From positions 1-64,000 of the forward strand of contig NIVC01003743.1 in NCBI GenBank assembly GCA_002269645.1: 64,000 bases of DNA, written 5' to 3'. The notes under the pieces are model-generated. The model ran no database searches and was not told the origin of the DNA. It saw only the letters and a program-made list of their open reading frames with translations. This document shows, one piece after another, positions 1 through 11,767 of this stretch (position 1 is the first letter of the stretch; each line of letters opens with the position of its first letter). Position numbers and translations under genes: made by a program. The DNA comes from Macrostomum lignano (Eukaryota).

Positions 1-130
1 AAAATTGGAAGCATTTTACATAGGCCTAGGCCCTGGCCTAAGGTTCAAGAAGTCCAAACTCCCTATTATGTAGGCCCCCTATTATATGTTGGGCACTAGT
101 CTGGATATAACTTAATGGGCCTAAAATCTA

Positions 131-1116
131 AGGGTGTCCAAAAAGTAGTGATACTTTTAACCATAGCTCCATTCTATAGCTGCCTGTGATTTAAAATTTT
201 ATGAACTGATAAACTTCTCTTCTACAGACTGCTTTTTGAATTTTTAAAATTGATACCAGAGAATAAAAGTTATACCCACGAAAGTAACAGTATATGTACC
301 ATAGAGTTACATAAACTATATCAAAATTTATAATAGTCAACTTCTGCACTCATTCATTAAGAAGGCATCGATAAATGTCTTGTTTAAGCAATACCAAGGC
401 CCAATTGCAAAATGATGCTCCCTGTGACTGACTGAAATTTGTCTATGGAAAGAATCATGTGCAGAAATATAAAGCATTAAATTCATTACTTTACTTGCAA
501 ACAGAGGAGCTTGCATTTTGCGATTTGTTCATGAGTTCATTGCCCATACTTGACAACAACACATGGATGTGCATTCAGTTGTTGCTCAGCAAAGTACCCA
601 TCTTCACTCTTTGGGTCGCTGGCCATCGTGCCTCAGAAATTCACGCAAACTTTGCTCTGCGCACGGATTCTCTGTGGTCAGCAAAATGACAGTTTATCGA
701 TGGATGAAGCAGTTCAGCGAGGGAAGGACTGACTTGGCAGGTCAGCATCGGACGGGGCGGCCATACGTTCATCGACTTGATGTACTGGCGGACTCCATTC
801 TGGATCTTCTTGACAAGGACTCCCAAATGACCATTGAGAGAGATTGCTGACAGGTTGGACAAACCGAAATCAACAATTCATCAAAGCTTACTCGGCATGG
901 ATCTCGTGAAGCTCAGCCTATAATTTGTGTAACTATTCGGTACAGGTACTGTTACTTTCGTGGGTATAACTTTTGTTCTCTGGTATCAATTTTAAAAGTT
1001 CAAAAAGCAGTCTGTAGAAGAGATTTTCCGCTATCAGTTCATAAAATTTTAAATCACAGGAAGCTATAGAACAAGAGCTACGGTTAAAAGTATCACTACT
1101 TTTTGGACACCCCTCG
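131..1116 (+). mobile_element. Internally deleted mariner-type element with long (~170-190 bp) TIRs and a residual transposase N-terminal HTH fragment
   Basis: 131-~320 (AGGGTGTCCAAAAAGTAGTGATACTTTTAACC...) is the imperfect reverse complement of ~919-1116 (...GGTTAAAAGTATCACTACTTTTTGGACACCCCTCG). TA flanks both ends. ORF 563-850 has VYRWMKQFSEGRTDLAGQHRTGRP, the mariner W..RF..GR...D..RSGRP pattern. No DDD domain. Confidence 0.85.
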
Positions 1117-1500
1117 TATTAATAAGCATTAAAATTTTTAATAATGTTAGGCCCTAATGCCAATAATGGACTGCCATTAATATTTTTTTGAACTAACAAA
1201 TTAATGAGTTTGTATTAATACTTTTTTGAGTTAATAAAAAGTTCATCGTTAATTTTAATAGCAATGTCAATGACCAAAATATGCAAAGAATTAGAATAAA
1301 AATGTAAATCTGAAGAAAAGTTGCAACATTACAATTATATTTAGGTCTACCCTATTGAATAATTAATCTCTTTGTTTATAACAATGTTCATGCAAATATA
1401 ACAACTTCTTACCAATGAACTTCCATAATGAATTAAAATTCTAAACTTTTTTACTTGCATATGAGCATCGATTGCTTTGATTTACTTAACTTCTTTCTTA

Positions 1501-2093
1501 CCACACTTAGGAAGGTGTCATGTGTGCGCAGGAATATATTTCAGCGTATTTTTGGAGTGTGCGCTGTGCACGAAGCTAAAATATGAATTTGTGTGCCGAG
1601 GTCTACATTCGTTTATTGACAAATACATAGCTGGAGTACTAATGCACCGTAACACTAAAAACTCAGTAAAAGTCCAATTAAAACAAAACTAAAAAATAGA
1701 TAAATTTTTGTACCTTATGTAGGTTTTTTTCAACTGAAAACTTTAGCTTTATTTTAGCTCACGCAGAAAATTGTCAAAAGAAATAGTTTTAACTTTACAG
1801 TAAAATCCCATTTTGAATTTTATTATTTGTTTCACTTACCAAGAAACAATTTTTTATTGATATGCTTGGAAAAAATGTAATCTTAAAGCATATTTTATGC
1901 ACTGCATATGTAGATTATACATTTAGGTGACTCATTGTGAGTTCAATTTTTCTGATCAGGTTTTGCTATGCGCCACTGTGTGCTAAAAACTTCTGCTAAG
2001 CCTTTGTTGTGCGCCGTGTGCGCCACTTCGCGCACATTTTTCATTGATGTGCGCCAGAATTTTCCGCCATAATGTACACCTTCCTGAGTGTGG
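1501..2093. mobile_element. Non-autonomous TIR element, hAT-like
   Basis: TIR CCACACTTAGGAAGGTGT at 1501 versus ACACCTTCCTGAGTGTGG ending 2093 (17/18). Flanks CTTTCTTA (1493-1500) and CTTTCCTA (2094-2101) form an 8-bp TSD with one mismatch. Confidence 0.65.
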
Positions 2094-2536
2094 CTTTCCT
2101 AATCTTTTGTAACTTTTTACTGCACCTGCTAATGCTATTGAAACAACCTTCCTGTTCTTTAGCTCTTAAGTTTCAAATAAAAAAGATACTTCTTTTACCA
2201 TATGCTTACTTTAAGTAGTATTATACATACAAACTTTTAAAATTTATATTTATTCCTTTTTTAGCTTGTAAATCACTTAGATGACCTTTGTGTTTTGCTA
2301 AAAAAATGGAAAAGCAAAGAAAGTGCATTATGAAGTCTTTTTGTTTTTTGTATTTGCAAGATTTCTATATTTTCTATGTTAACTTCAATAGATTAATGCT
2401 TAATACCAATTATTAGTTAACTTAAAAAATAAAAGTTAATAAGTGAAGATTTTTGGTTTTAATGCTAACACTTAAGTTAAGATTTTTATTAATGGTGCCC
2501 AACACTAGTATTATACATTCTAGTATGCATCCAGAT

Positions 2537-2896
2537 TGGGGGCCATAGCCCAGCAGTCTAGCGCAAGATCTAGTATCCCAGCAACCTAGGCTCAATTCCA
2601 AGTGCAATCACATTAATTTGGGGCTGAATTAGAATCTCGGCTTGGCTCTGCTCATGCAATTAACAGCCTTGAGAGCCAACCCCCCTCCCCCCAAGGTGCA
2701 GTGAAGTATACATGCGATAAAATAAAGTTAGGGCCACTGTACATTCCTGTGTGAGTGTGCCTGTATACATATCTGTGCGCTTATATGCCTGCTTAGGGGA
2801 GTTGGCAGAATGGGCAGTAATGCCTCTTGTTGGTTGTGTGCCTATGTTGCTTAAAGTGTGCCAGGGTGCACATAACCCCCTGCCTCTAATAAAAAA
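2537..2896 (+). mobile_element. Full-length tRNA-derived SINE (called family 2 here)
   Basis: 12-bp TSD ATGCATCCAGAT at 2525-2536 and 2897-2908. Degenerate box A (TAGCCCAGCAGT) and box B (GGCTCAATTCC) head, A-rich tail. Body matches 5830-6010, 9478-9575 and 21170-21485. Confidence 0.75.
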
Positions 2897-2998
2897 ATGC
2901 ATCCAGATCCAACTAATTGTGTATAGTATATACTCATACCATATGAATATATATTATCTACATGTTTATAAATTTGATCTATTTTTAATACCTATATA

Positions 2999-3135
2999 AC
3001 TTTTGCTGACAGTTTTTCAGACACATTTTGCACAAGTGTTATAATACTAATAGTTAACTTTTGCCAACACATTTTCAGACACTTCGCAGCATTTTAAGTG
3101 TCAGAAGATATGTCTAAAAAACTGTCTATGAAAGT
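2999..3135. mobile_element. Possible tiny MITE / imperfect inverted repeat
   Basis: AACTTTT-GCT-GACAGTTTTTCAGACACAT versus the reverse complement of ATATGTCTAAAAAACTGTC-TATG-AAAGTT. No clear TSD. Confidence 0.35.
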
Positions 3136-3176
3136 TATACAGGTTGCATGTATTTCTAATTTTACCATTCTAAAAC

Positions 3177-3231
<55 letters not shown>

Positions 3232-4444
3232 AACAATGAGGAAAAAGGGGAAGAACTCCCATCACTGGAGTTCCATTCCCTGAAATCTATCAGCTGAATC
3301 TTATGACTGAATCCCATCATCCAAATCCTTCCTTTCTAAAATCTATCAAAATCCTCTCAGTGTAATAGATAGAAATCCTTGTAAGAAATCCTCAGTGTAA
3401 TAGAAAATACTATTAAATTGAAGTGTGTAAAAAGATGCTTTCTAATTGTCTAGCCTAAATATATTCAAAATATAGGATTCAGTGGTTAGGGTTAAAGAAA
3501 TCTACACAGAGCTGCCTATTGAAAGGTGCCAATAATAAAAAATTGAACCAATTGATTGTGCAATAGATTTCAGTCAGTATCAGTCTCAGTTAAAGTTGAC
3601 AAAATGATTGCGCAATCTAAATCAATCCTCCAATATACAGCGGCAGTTAGAAGTTGAAGCCCCCAAATTTATCTATTGCATCTTGCAAAAATAAGTACAA
3701 TCTTTGTAGAAAGTTAAAGATATGGAAATCATTTTTTGAATGCTGTGCTTTTAGTTTTCATACTTTAAGCAAACAACTTATATCCTCTAACTCAGCATTT
3801 AAAGATCTTTCCAGCAATGTAAGTCTCTTTTCTCAAAGTTCTAAACTCAAGGAACAGTTTGTGTTTGAAAAAATAGTTTTTCTTTTGCAATTAAAATGAA
3901 ATTTAAGATGAAATGTTATACTCATATAAAAGTGTCTATTTTTTACTGGAGCTATGCTAGGAGGTGCTACCTCACTAACTATATAGCCCACACCTTACCC
4001 CTTTTAACTGTTACCTACTTTGCTCTCTGAGAAACACCATAGACAACCTAACATTTATTGACAAAAAAATTGCTTGAAATGTAGTTGGGTGATTATAAAT
4101 TGTATTTAAGTAGACAGTATTTAGCTGGCATTGATCAAATAAGCTTGTCATTATTATTTTACTGCCAGTCATATGCAGTTAATATTTGTACAGTAAAACG
4201 AAATAGCAAATTTAAGAGAAAATGTGTTTTATTAAAAAACAAATAGGGCCTATTATATTATTTAATTGATGAGAGGCCAAAAAAGTTTGTTTGTTTCCTA
4301 AACTCTAACTTGTATATTAATGCATGCACATTCTGACACCAATTAAATTAACTCAAAGCAGAGTTTAACAATTGGCTTTACCTGTGAACTAAAATTGGCA
4401 GTTGTCAAGAAAGCTAGCTACCAAAAAATCTGCTTGACAAACCA

Positions 4445-7400
4445 ATGTGGAATCCAAGTGCTGTACCAGCAGCAGCCACATTTGGCAGCACAGCTGGGGT
4501 GTCGGCTCAACAGTCCCCAGGCCAAGCTGCTGCAGCTTCTATTGCAGTTTCTACTCCATCATTTTCTCACTATGCAGCTCTGGCTGCGGCCTATAGCAGC
4601 GCCGCCGCCGCTGTTCCCGTTGTACCAGCGCCAGTTCAAGCGCCGAAACGACCGTCTGATTTGAAAAATGTCAACACTTCAACTATGTGCCGATTTAATC
4701 TTGGCAATGGTGCGCCGACTGGGGTAAGCGCAGGGGCTGGCTTATTTATAAGTCTAGTATACATTGTTTAGCTGCCCTGTGAACAAGTTGTTAAGCTGGC
4801 GCACCTGGTGTTGGCGCCCTTTTGTGCTGGCGCCCCTTGGTGCTGGCGCCTCTTGGTGCTGGCGCCTCTTGGTGCTGGCGCCCCTTGGTGCTGGCGCCCC
4901 TTGGTGCTGGCGCCCCTTGGTGCTGGCGCCCCTTGGTGCTGGCGCCCCTTGGTGCTGGCGCCCCTTGGTGCTGGCGCCCCTTGGTGCTGGCGCCCCTTGG
5001 TGCTGGCGCCCCTTGGTGCTGGCGCCCCTTGGTGCTGGCGCCCCTTGGTGCTGGCGCCCCTTTGGTGCTGGCGCCCCTTGGTGCTGGCGCCCCTTGGTGC
5101 TGGCGCCCCTTGGTGCTGGCGCCCCTTGGTGCTGGCGCCCCTTTGGTGCTGGCGCCCCTTGGTGCTGGCGCCCCTTGGTGCTGGCGCCCCTTGGTGCTGG
5201 CGCCCCTTGGTGCTGGCGCCCCTTGGTGCTGGCGCCCCTTGGTGCTGGCGCCCCTTGGTGCTGGCGCCCCTTGGTGCTGGCGCCCCTTGGTGCTGGCGCC
5301 CCTTGGTGCTGGCGCCCCTTGGTGCACAAATAACCGCGCCGCATTTAATAATGGCTACCATAATTTCATAACTTAGAAAATTTTTTACTTCAAAATTATT
5401 GATTTCATTTTTTAATAATACTGAACGTACGAGTAACTACGACTGTATTGTTAAATCAAAATGCCTCGCCATCTAATTAGTAGTGCGCAACTTCGTTCAA
5501 ATTAATCAGGTGCCGCCACCTCAGCAGCCTCCTGCGCTGCCTCAGACGGCACCAACCGCCGCAGGCGCTCCCCAGCCGCTGCCCGAGGCCCATAGCAACG
5601 CCGGCGATGATGACGAGTCGGCATTCGAAGCCGAATTCGATCGAATAATGGAGGCGAAGCGCCAGGCTGAGGAAGCCAATCTCGATCCCGATGAACGGGC
5701 GGCCCTTCGGGAACTGGAGGCCGTGAAGAAGCAGAGACGCTTTGCCAATCATGCTGACTCTACCGAGGCTGATGCTGCTAGGGAGTTCGATCGTTTTCAG
5801 GTACAGATTGTAGTAACAGCAAGTCACAGGTGTACATGCCTGAGGGTTAGAAAGTCAGGACCCCTGTACACCCTCTGTGAGCGTCTGTATGAGTGCGTGA
5901 CTGCGTACAGTATTGGCGCGCTTGTCACTGTGCTCAGCAGTCAGCGGAATGGGCAGAATTGCCTCAAGCGCTGGCTGTGCGGGAGGATGTCTCCGAAAGC
6001 GTTGCACCCGCGATAGTTTATGGGCTATTAACTAAGTGAGTCGAGTCAACCCTCAACTCCAAGAGTCGTTCTGTTTGCGCTTAACTTTCTTTATCCCAAG
6101 TAGACTAAAGACTAAATAGAGTTGTTATAAATGCGAAATGGGATTGTATTTGGTAAGATTACACTGATGCCCTTTAGGCGCAGCACAGTGATTTCTAAAG
6201 CGACTCTAGCACGCCTCAGATACAACTCTGCGGCTCCAGAACCATTTGCGTCGCCCCAGAGCCACTAGACTCGCAAGAGTCACCCCAAAGTCACTAGAGT
6301 CACCACAGAGTCACTAGAGTCACCACAGAGTCACTAGAGTCACTACAGAGTCACTAGAGTCACCACAGAGTCACAAGAGTCACCACAGAGTCACTAGAGT
6401 CACCACAGAGTCACTAGAGTCACCACAGAGTCACGACAGAGTCACTAGAGTCACTGAGTCACCACAGAGTCACTAGAGTCACCACAGAGTCACTAGAGTC
6501 ACCACAGAGTCACTAGAGTCACCACAGAGTCACTAGAGTCACCACAGAATCACTAGAGTCACCACAGAGTCACTAGAGTCACTAGAGTCACCACAGAGTC
6601 ACGACAGAGTCACTAGAGTCACTAGAGTCACCACAGAGTCACCACAGAGTCACTAGAGTCACCACAGAGTCACTAGAGTCACCACAGAGTCACCACAGAG
6701 TCACCACAGAGTCACTAGAGTCACCACAGAGTCACTAGAGTCACCACAGAGTCACTAGAGTCACCACAGAGTCACCACAGAGTCACTAGAGTCACCACAG
6801 AATCACTAGAGTCACCACAGAATCACTAGAGTCACCACAGACTCACCACAGAGTCACTAGAGTCACCACAGAGTCACCACAGAGTCACTAGAGTCACCAC
6901 AGAGTCACTAGAGTCACTAGAGTCACCACAGAGTCACTAGAGTCACCACAGAGTCACTAAAGTCACCACAGAGTCACCACAGAGTCACCACAGAGTCACT
7001 AGAGTCACTAGAGTCACCACAGAGTCACTAGAGTCACTAGAGTCACCACAGAGTCACTAGAGTCGCCACAGAGTCATTAGAGTCACCACAGAGTCACTAG
7101 AGTCACCACAGAGTCACTAGAGTTACCACAGAGTCACTAGAGTTACCACAGAGTCACTAGAGTCACCACAGAGTCACTAGAGTCGCCACAGAGTCACTAG
7201 AGTCACCACAGAGTCACTAGAGTCACCACAGAGTCACTAGAATCACCACAGAGTCACTAGAGTCACCACAGAGTCACTAGAGTCACCACAGAGTCACTAG
7301 AGTCACCACAGAATCACTAGAGTCACCACAGAGTCACTAGAGTCACTAGAGTCACCACAGAGTCACTAGAGTCACTAGAGTCACCACAGAGTCACTAGAG

Positions 7401-10400
7401 TCACCACAGAGTCACTAGAGTCACCACAGAGTCACTAGAGTCACCACAGAGTCACTAGAGTCACCACAGAGTCACTAGAGTCACCACAGAGTTACCACAT
7501 AGTCATTAGAGTCACCACAGAGTCACTAAAGTCACCACAGAGTTACCACAGAGTCATTAGAGTCACCACAGAGTCACTAAAGTCACCACAGAGTCACTAG
7601 AGTTACCACAGAGTCACTAGAGTCACCACAGAGTCACTAGAGTCACTAGAGTCACCACAGAGTCACTAGAGTTACCACAGAGTCACCAGAGTCACCACAG
7701 AGTCACTAGAGTCACCACAGAGTCACTAGAGTCACTAGAGTCACCACAGAGTCACTAGAGTCACTAGAGTCACCACAGAGTCACTAGAGTCACTAGAGTC
7801 ACCACAGAGTCACTAGAGTCACCACAGAGTCACCACAGAGTCACTAGAGTCACCACAGAGTCACTAGAGTCACCACAGAATCACTAGAGTCACCACAGAA
7901 TCACTAGTGTCACCACAGAGTCACTAGAGTCACCACAGAGTCACAAGAGTCACCGCAGAGTCATTAGAGTCACCACAGAGTCACTAGAGTTACCACAGAG
8001 TCACTAGAGTTACCACAGAGTCACTAGAGTCACCACAGAGTCACTAGAGTCGCCACAGAGTCACTAGAGTTACCACAGAGTCACTAGAGTCACCACAGAG
8101 TCACTAAAGTCACCACAGAGTCACTAGAGTTACCACAGAGTCACTAGAGTCACCGCAGAGTCACAGAGTCACTAGAGTCACTAGAGTCACCACAGAGTCA
8201 CTAGAGTCACCACAGAGTCACCACAGTGTCACCACAGAGCCAGTAGAGTCACAAGAGAGTCACTAGAGTCATCACAGAGTCACCAGAGTCACCACAGAGT
8301 CACTAGAGTCGCCACAGGGGTTACTAAAGTCACCACAGCGTCACTAGAGTCACCACAGCGTCACTAGAGTCACCACAGAGTCACCAGAGTCACCACAGAG
8401 TCACTAGAGTCACCACTGGGGTTACTAAAGTCACCACAGCGTCACTAGAGTCACCACAGAGTCACTAGAGGCACCACATAGTCACTAGAGTCACCACAGA
8501 GTCACTAGAGTCACCACAGAGTCACTAGAGTCACCACAGAGTCACTAGAGTCACCACAGAGTCACTAGAGTCACCACATAGTCACTAGAGTCACCACAGA
8601 GTCACTAGAGTCACCACAGAGTCACTAGAGTCACCACAGAGTCACTAGAGTCACCACAGAGTCACTAGAGTCACCACATAGTCACTAGAGTCACCACAGA
8701 GGTTACTAAAGTCACCACAGCGTCACTAGAGTCGTTTCAAAGTCTCAGACAATAAAAGGCCTCTAATTGACTCTGAGGTGACTGTTTGACTTTTTTGGCG
8801 ACTTGTACCGTGACATCTCGTCGTTTTTAAGTTGTCTAGAGTCACTTCTTTCATATTGTATCATAATTTTACCCTGCGTTGTCTGATACGCTTCTTGGCC
8901 TTGTTACCGTTTTCATCGGGCCAGTCTCCAGGCCAACTTTCGAGCTTAAGCCCCAAATTTTTGTTTTGGCCGTGCACGGCATCTCTTCGTTCTAATGAGT
9001 GAAGAAGTCACCAGAAGAAGTCAGCGATATTGCTTAATATTGTAGCAGTAATCGTGTTATACTTCTGGTAGATTATATGAAAAAAAAATTATTTAGCGGC
9101 TCAATTTGTTAAACAGTTGGCATATTCCCTTAGCTGACTGATTCCTTTGAACGCTACATTGCTCATTACTACTTATGAATAGTAGTAGGTTTTATCTAGC
9201 ATATGTACCGGTATATGGAATCTTGATGCTGCGAAGACTCCACGAGAGACTAACTGACAATAGGATGAAATAGTGAATTACAATAATATTCAAGATGGTT
9301 GTTGACTAGTGGTCAGAGCGTCGGACTCACGATTTGAATGTCGGGGGTTCGATTCCCGATCACACTGGAACAATTCGTGTCCTTGAGCAGGACACTTAAC
9401 TCTGCATTGCTTCAGTTCACCCAGCTGTAAAATGGGTGCCAGCATTAGCTGGGGTAATTGAGGACTGAACAGCCGTAGGCATGTACACTCTGTGCCTTGC
9501 GCCTTGGGGTTGGCCCTCATGGCTGTGAATCGCATGACAACCCCAGAGAATGTGGCCAGGGGGTTGTGGCCCTGCCCCGCCCCAATTATCTAAAAGGGTT
9601 ACCCAACACCCTGCCATTCCCTCCAGACCAGTAGTGCATCGGATTCCACCGGAGACGGTAGCGAACTGGCCAAGCAGGCAGCGGAATGGCGCACCTACAT
9701 GTCCTACGCGCTGCAGTACAATCCGCAGGAAGCTGAACGCCTGTTCGCCATGTACCCGCACTTGCGCGACCTGCTGGCTACTCCCGACGATGCTTTCAAG
9801 CAGCAGCAGACTGCGCTGGCAGTGGAGCAGACCAAACAGCCCATGGCTCCTAATTTAAACGTGACAAGCTACGAAATTCAGCAGCAGCAGCAGCAGCCGA
9901 TGCAGCCTCCAATTCAGCCACAGCAGCAACTGCAGCAGCAGCAGCATCTGCCCACTTTGCCAACCATGGCCGAGGCTGAATCTCGTCGCAAAGCTCAAGA
10001 AGCTGCCGAGCAAGCACTAATCGAACTGGCCGCTATGCAGGAGCAACAGCAGGAGCAGCAAAAGCAACAGCAGCAACAATTAGAACAGCAACAGCAGAAG
10101 CAATTAAAACAGCAACAGCAGAAACAATTGTTGAAGCAGCAGCAAAAGCAGCAACGCGAACAGCAGGCGCAGTTAAAGGCGTCTAGCAAGAAATCGTCCG
10201 GATTTCACGATGTTTCCCAGCCTCCTCCACAGCCGCCGCCGCATCAGCAGCAGCAGAAGCAGCACCCGCCTAGGCCTTGGGCTGACACTGACGAGCGCAA
10301 GGGTCGCCAGCAGCAGCCTGCAGCTCCGGCCTATAAAAAGTCGCGCTTTGACTCTCCGCAACCGTGGCAACAGCAGCAGCAGCAGAAACTGCCTCCTAAT

Positions 10401-11767
10401 TTTCAACAACAACAGTATCAGCATCCGCCGCCTCATCATAGTAAGCCGCAGCATCATCCCTCTAGTGTTAAGCGACAGAATCAGCAGCGCAGCGGCGTTG
10501 TCATCAATTTTGGCCAGGTAATTGGAACTGGATTTTTGGTTAGATTGCATTAAATGGATTGCTAATCTATAGCCATATCTGCTGGGTGAAGGAACAGAAT
10601 GGATTGCTAATCTATAGCCATATCTGCTGGGTGAAGGAACAGAATGGATTGCTAATCTGTAGCCATATCTGCTGGGTGAAGGAACAGAATGGATTGCTAA
10701 TCTGTAGCCATATCTGCTGGGTGAAGGAACAGAATGGATTGCTAATCTATAGCCATATCTGCTGGGTGAAGGAACAGAATGGATTGCTAATCTATAGCCA
10801 TATCTGCTGGGTGAAGGAACAGAATGGATTGCTAATCTATAGCCATATCTGCTGGGTGAAGGAACAGAATGGATTGCTAATCTATAGCCATATCTGCTGG
10901 GTGAAGGAACAGAATGGATTGCTAATCTATAGCCATATCTGCTGGATGAAGGAACAGAATGGATTGCTAATCTATAGCCCATATCTGCTGGGTGAAGGAA
11001 CAGAATGGATTGCTAATCTGTAGCCATATCTGCTGGATGAAGGAACAGAATGGATTGCTAATCTATAGCCATATCTGCTGGGTGAAGGAACAGAATGGAT
11101 TGCTAATCTATAGCCATCTCTGCTGGGTGAAGGAACAGAATGGATTGCTAATCTATAGCCATATCTGCTGGGTGAAGGAACAGAATGGATTGCTAATCTA
11201 TAGCCATATCTGCTGGGTGAAGGAACAGAATGGATTGCTAATCTATAGCCATATCTGCTGGGTGAAGGAACAGAATGGATTGCTAATCTATAGCCATATC
11301 TGCTGGGTGAAGGAACAGAATGGATTGCTAATCTATAGCCATATCTGCTGGGTGAAGGAACAGAATGGATTGCTAATCTATAGCCATAGCTGCTGGGTGA
11401 AGGAACAGAATGGATTGCTAATCTATAGCCATAGCTGCTGGATGAAGGAACAGAATGGATTGCTAATCTATTCCTCATACCAAAGCATCCTTAAACCTCC
11501 CTCCCCCAACCGGGCCAGAGACCTGCCGAGTCCAGCAATCTGGTGCCAGTTCAGGACGCCTCCGTCAGGCAGGCGTTCGCTGCCGCAGCTGACGAGGGAG
11601 ACGAAGCCGAGGAAGGCGAAGTGTCCGAGGAGGTGCCCGAGCTGGTGCGCATTCGAATGCGCAATGTCGGCAAGTACACGCCGACCTCGGAGGGCCCGAG
11701 GTCCTACGGCAAGACCCGTGCGGGCTTCTGTGACGACAGGCGACGGCCCAAATACGAAAGATTTTGA
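4445..11767 (+). CDS. PCNP-domain (PEST proteolytic signal-containing nuclear protein family) protein with long A/P/Q-rich N-terminal region, ~569 aa, 4 exons
   Basis: Exons 4445-4723, 5510-5800, 9627-10517 and 11519-11767 join in phase 0 through GT-AG sites. C-terminus SVRQAF...EEVPELVRIRMRNVGKYTPTSEGPRSYGKTRAGFCD matches the PCNP signature ([42 protein letters not shown], recalled). Confidence 0.75.
4795..5325. repeat. 16-bp minisatellite (GGTGCTGGCGCCCCTT)n, intron 1 of the PCNP-like gene
   Basis: About 33 near-identical units with degenerate edge units. Confidence 0.95.
5431..5489 (+). other. Degenerate 28S rRNA fragment (R2/I-PpoI target region), copy 1
   Basis: 5431-5480 matches the recalled LSU consensus GAGTAACTATGACTCTCTTAAGGTAGCCAAATGCCTCGTCATCTAATTAG at 39/50 ungapped. 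Mismatches cluster in the AAGGTAGC core. Confidence 0.8.
5830..6010 (+). mobile_element. 3' half of a family 2 SINE
   Basis: GTGTACATGCCTGAGGGTTAGAAAGTCAGG...GGAATGGGCAGAATTGCCTCA aligns to the reverse complement of 21180-21310 and to 2700-2830. Confidence 0.7.
6255..8732. repeat. 20-bp minisatellite built from 9-mer AGAGTCACT and 11-mer AGAGTCACCAC, intron 2
   Basis: About 2.5 kb array with visible 20-bp periodicity. Confidence 0.95.
9294..9477 (+). mobile_element. tRNA-derived SINE with CORE-like central domain (family 1), 3' truncated
   Basis: tRNA-like head with box B GGTTCGATTCC, then GTGTCCTTGAGCAGGACACTTAACTCTGCATTGCTTCAGTTCACCCAGCTGTAAAATGGG, which resembles the CORE-SINE domain. 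Second copy at 49174-49368 (-). Confidence 0.8.
9478..9575 (-). mobile_element. 5' part of a family 2 SINE
   Basis: GGCATGTACACTCT..CCTTGGGGGTTGGCCCTCATG..GTGAAT aligns to 21299-21360 and to the reverse complement of 2660-2715. Confidence 0.7.
10554..11470. repeat. 45-bp minisatellite, intron 3 of the PCNP-like gene
   Basis: Unit AATGGATTGCTAATCTATAGCCATATCTGCTGGGTGAAGGAACAG, about 20 copies. Confidence 0.95.

Noticed and set aside
4754-5376. Six-frame long ORFs in the 16-bp array, and similar ORFs at 10173-11825, 23905-24866, 40462-43645, 51976-52722, 54077-54961 and 60777-61569
   Set aside because: They are stop-free translations of tandem repeats lying inside GT-AG introns or spacers.
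9229-9240. CTGCGAAGACTC, resembling part of the Macrostomum spliced leader as I recall it
   Set aside because: Only 12 nt. The following leader bases and terminal ATG are absent.
9294-9370. tRNA gene (also 2537-2610)
   Set aside because: No proper acceptor stem, and the sequence runs into SINE bodies. These are SINE heads.
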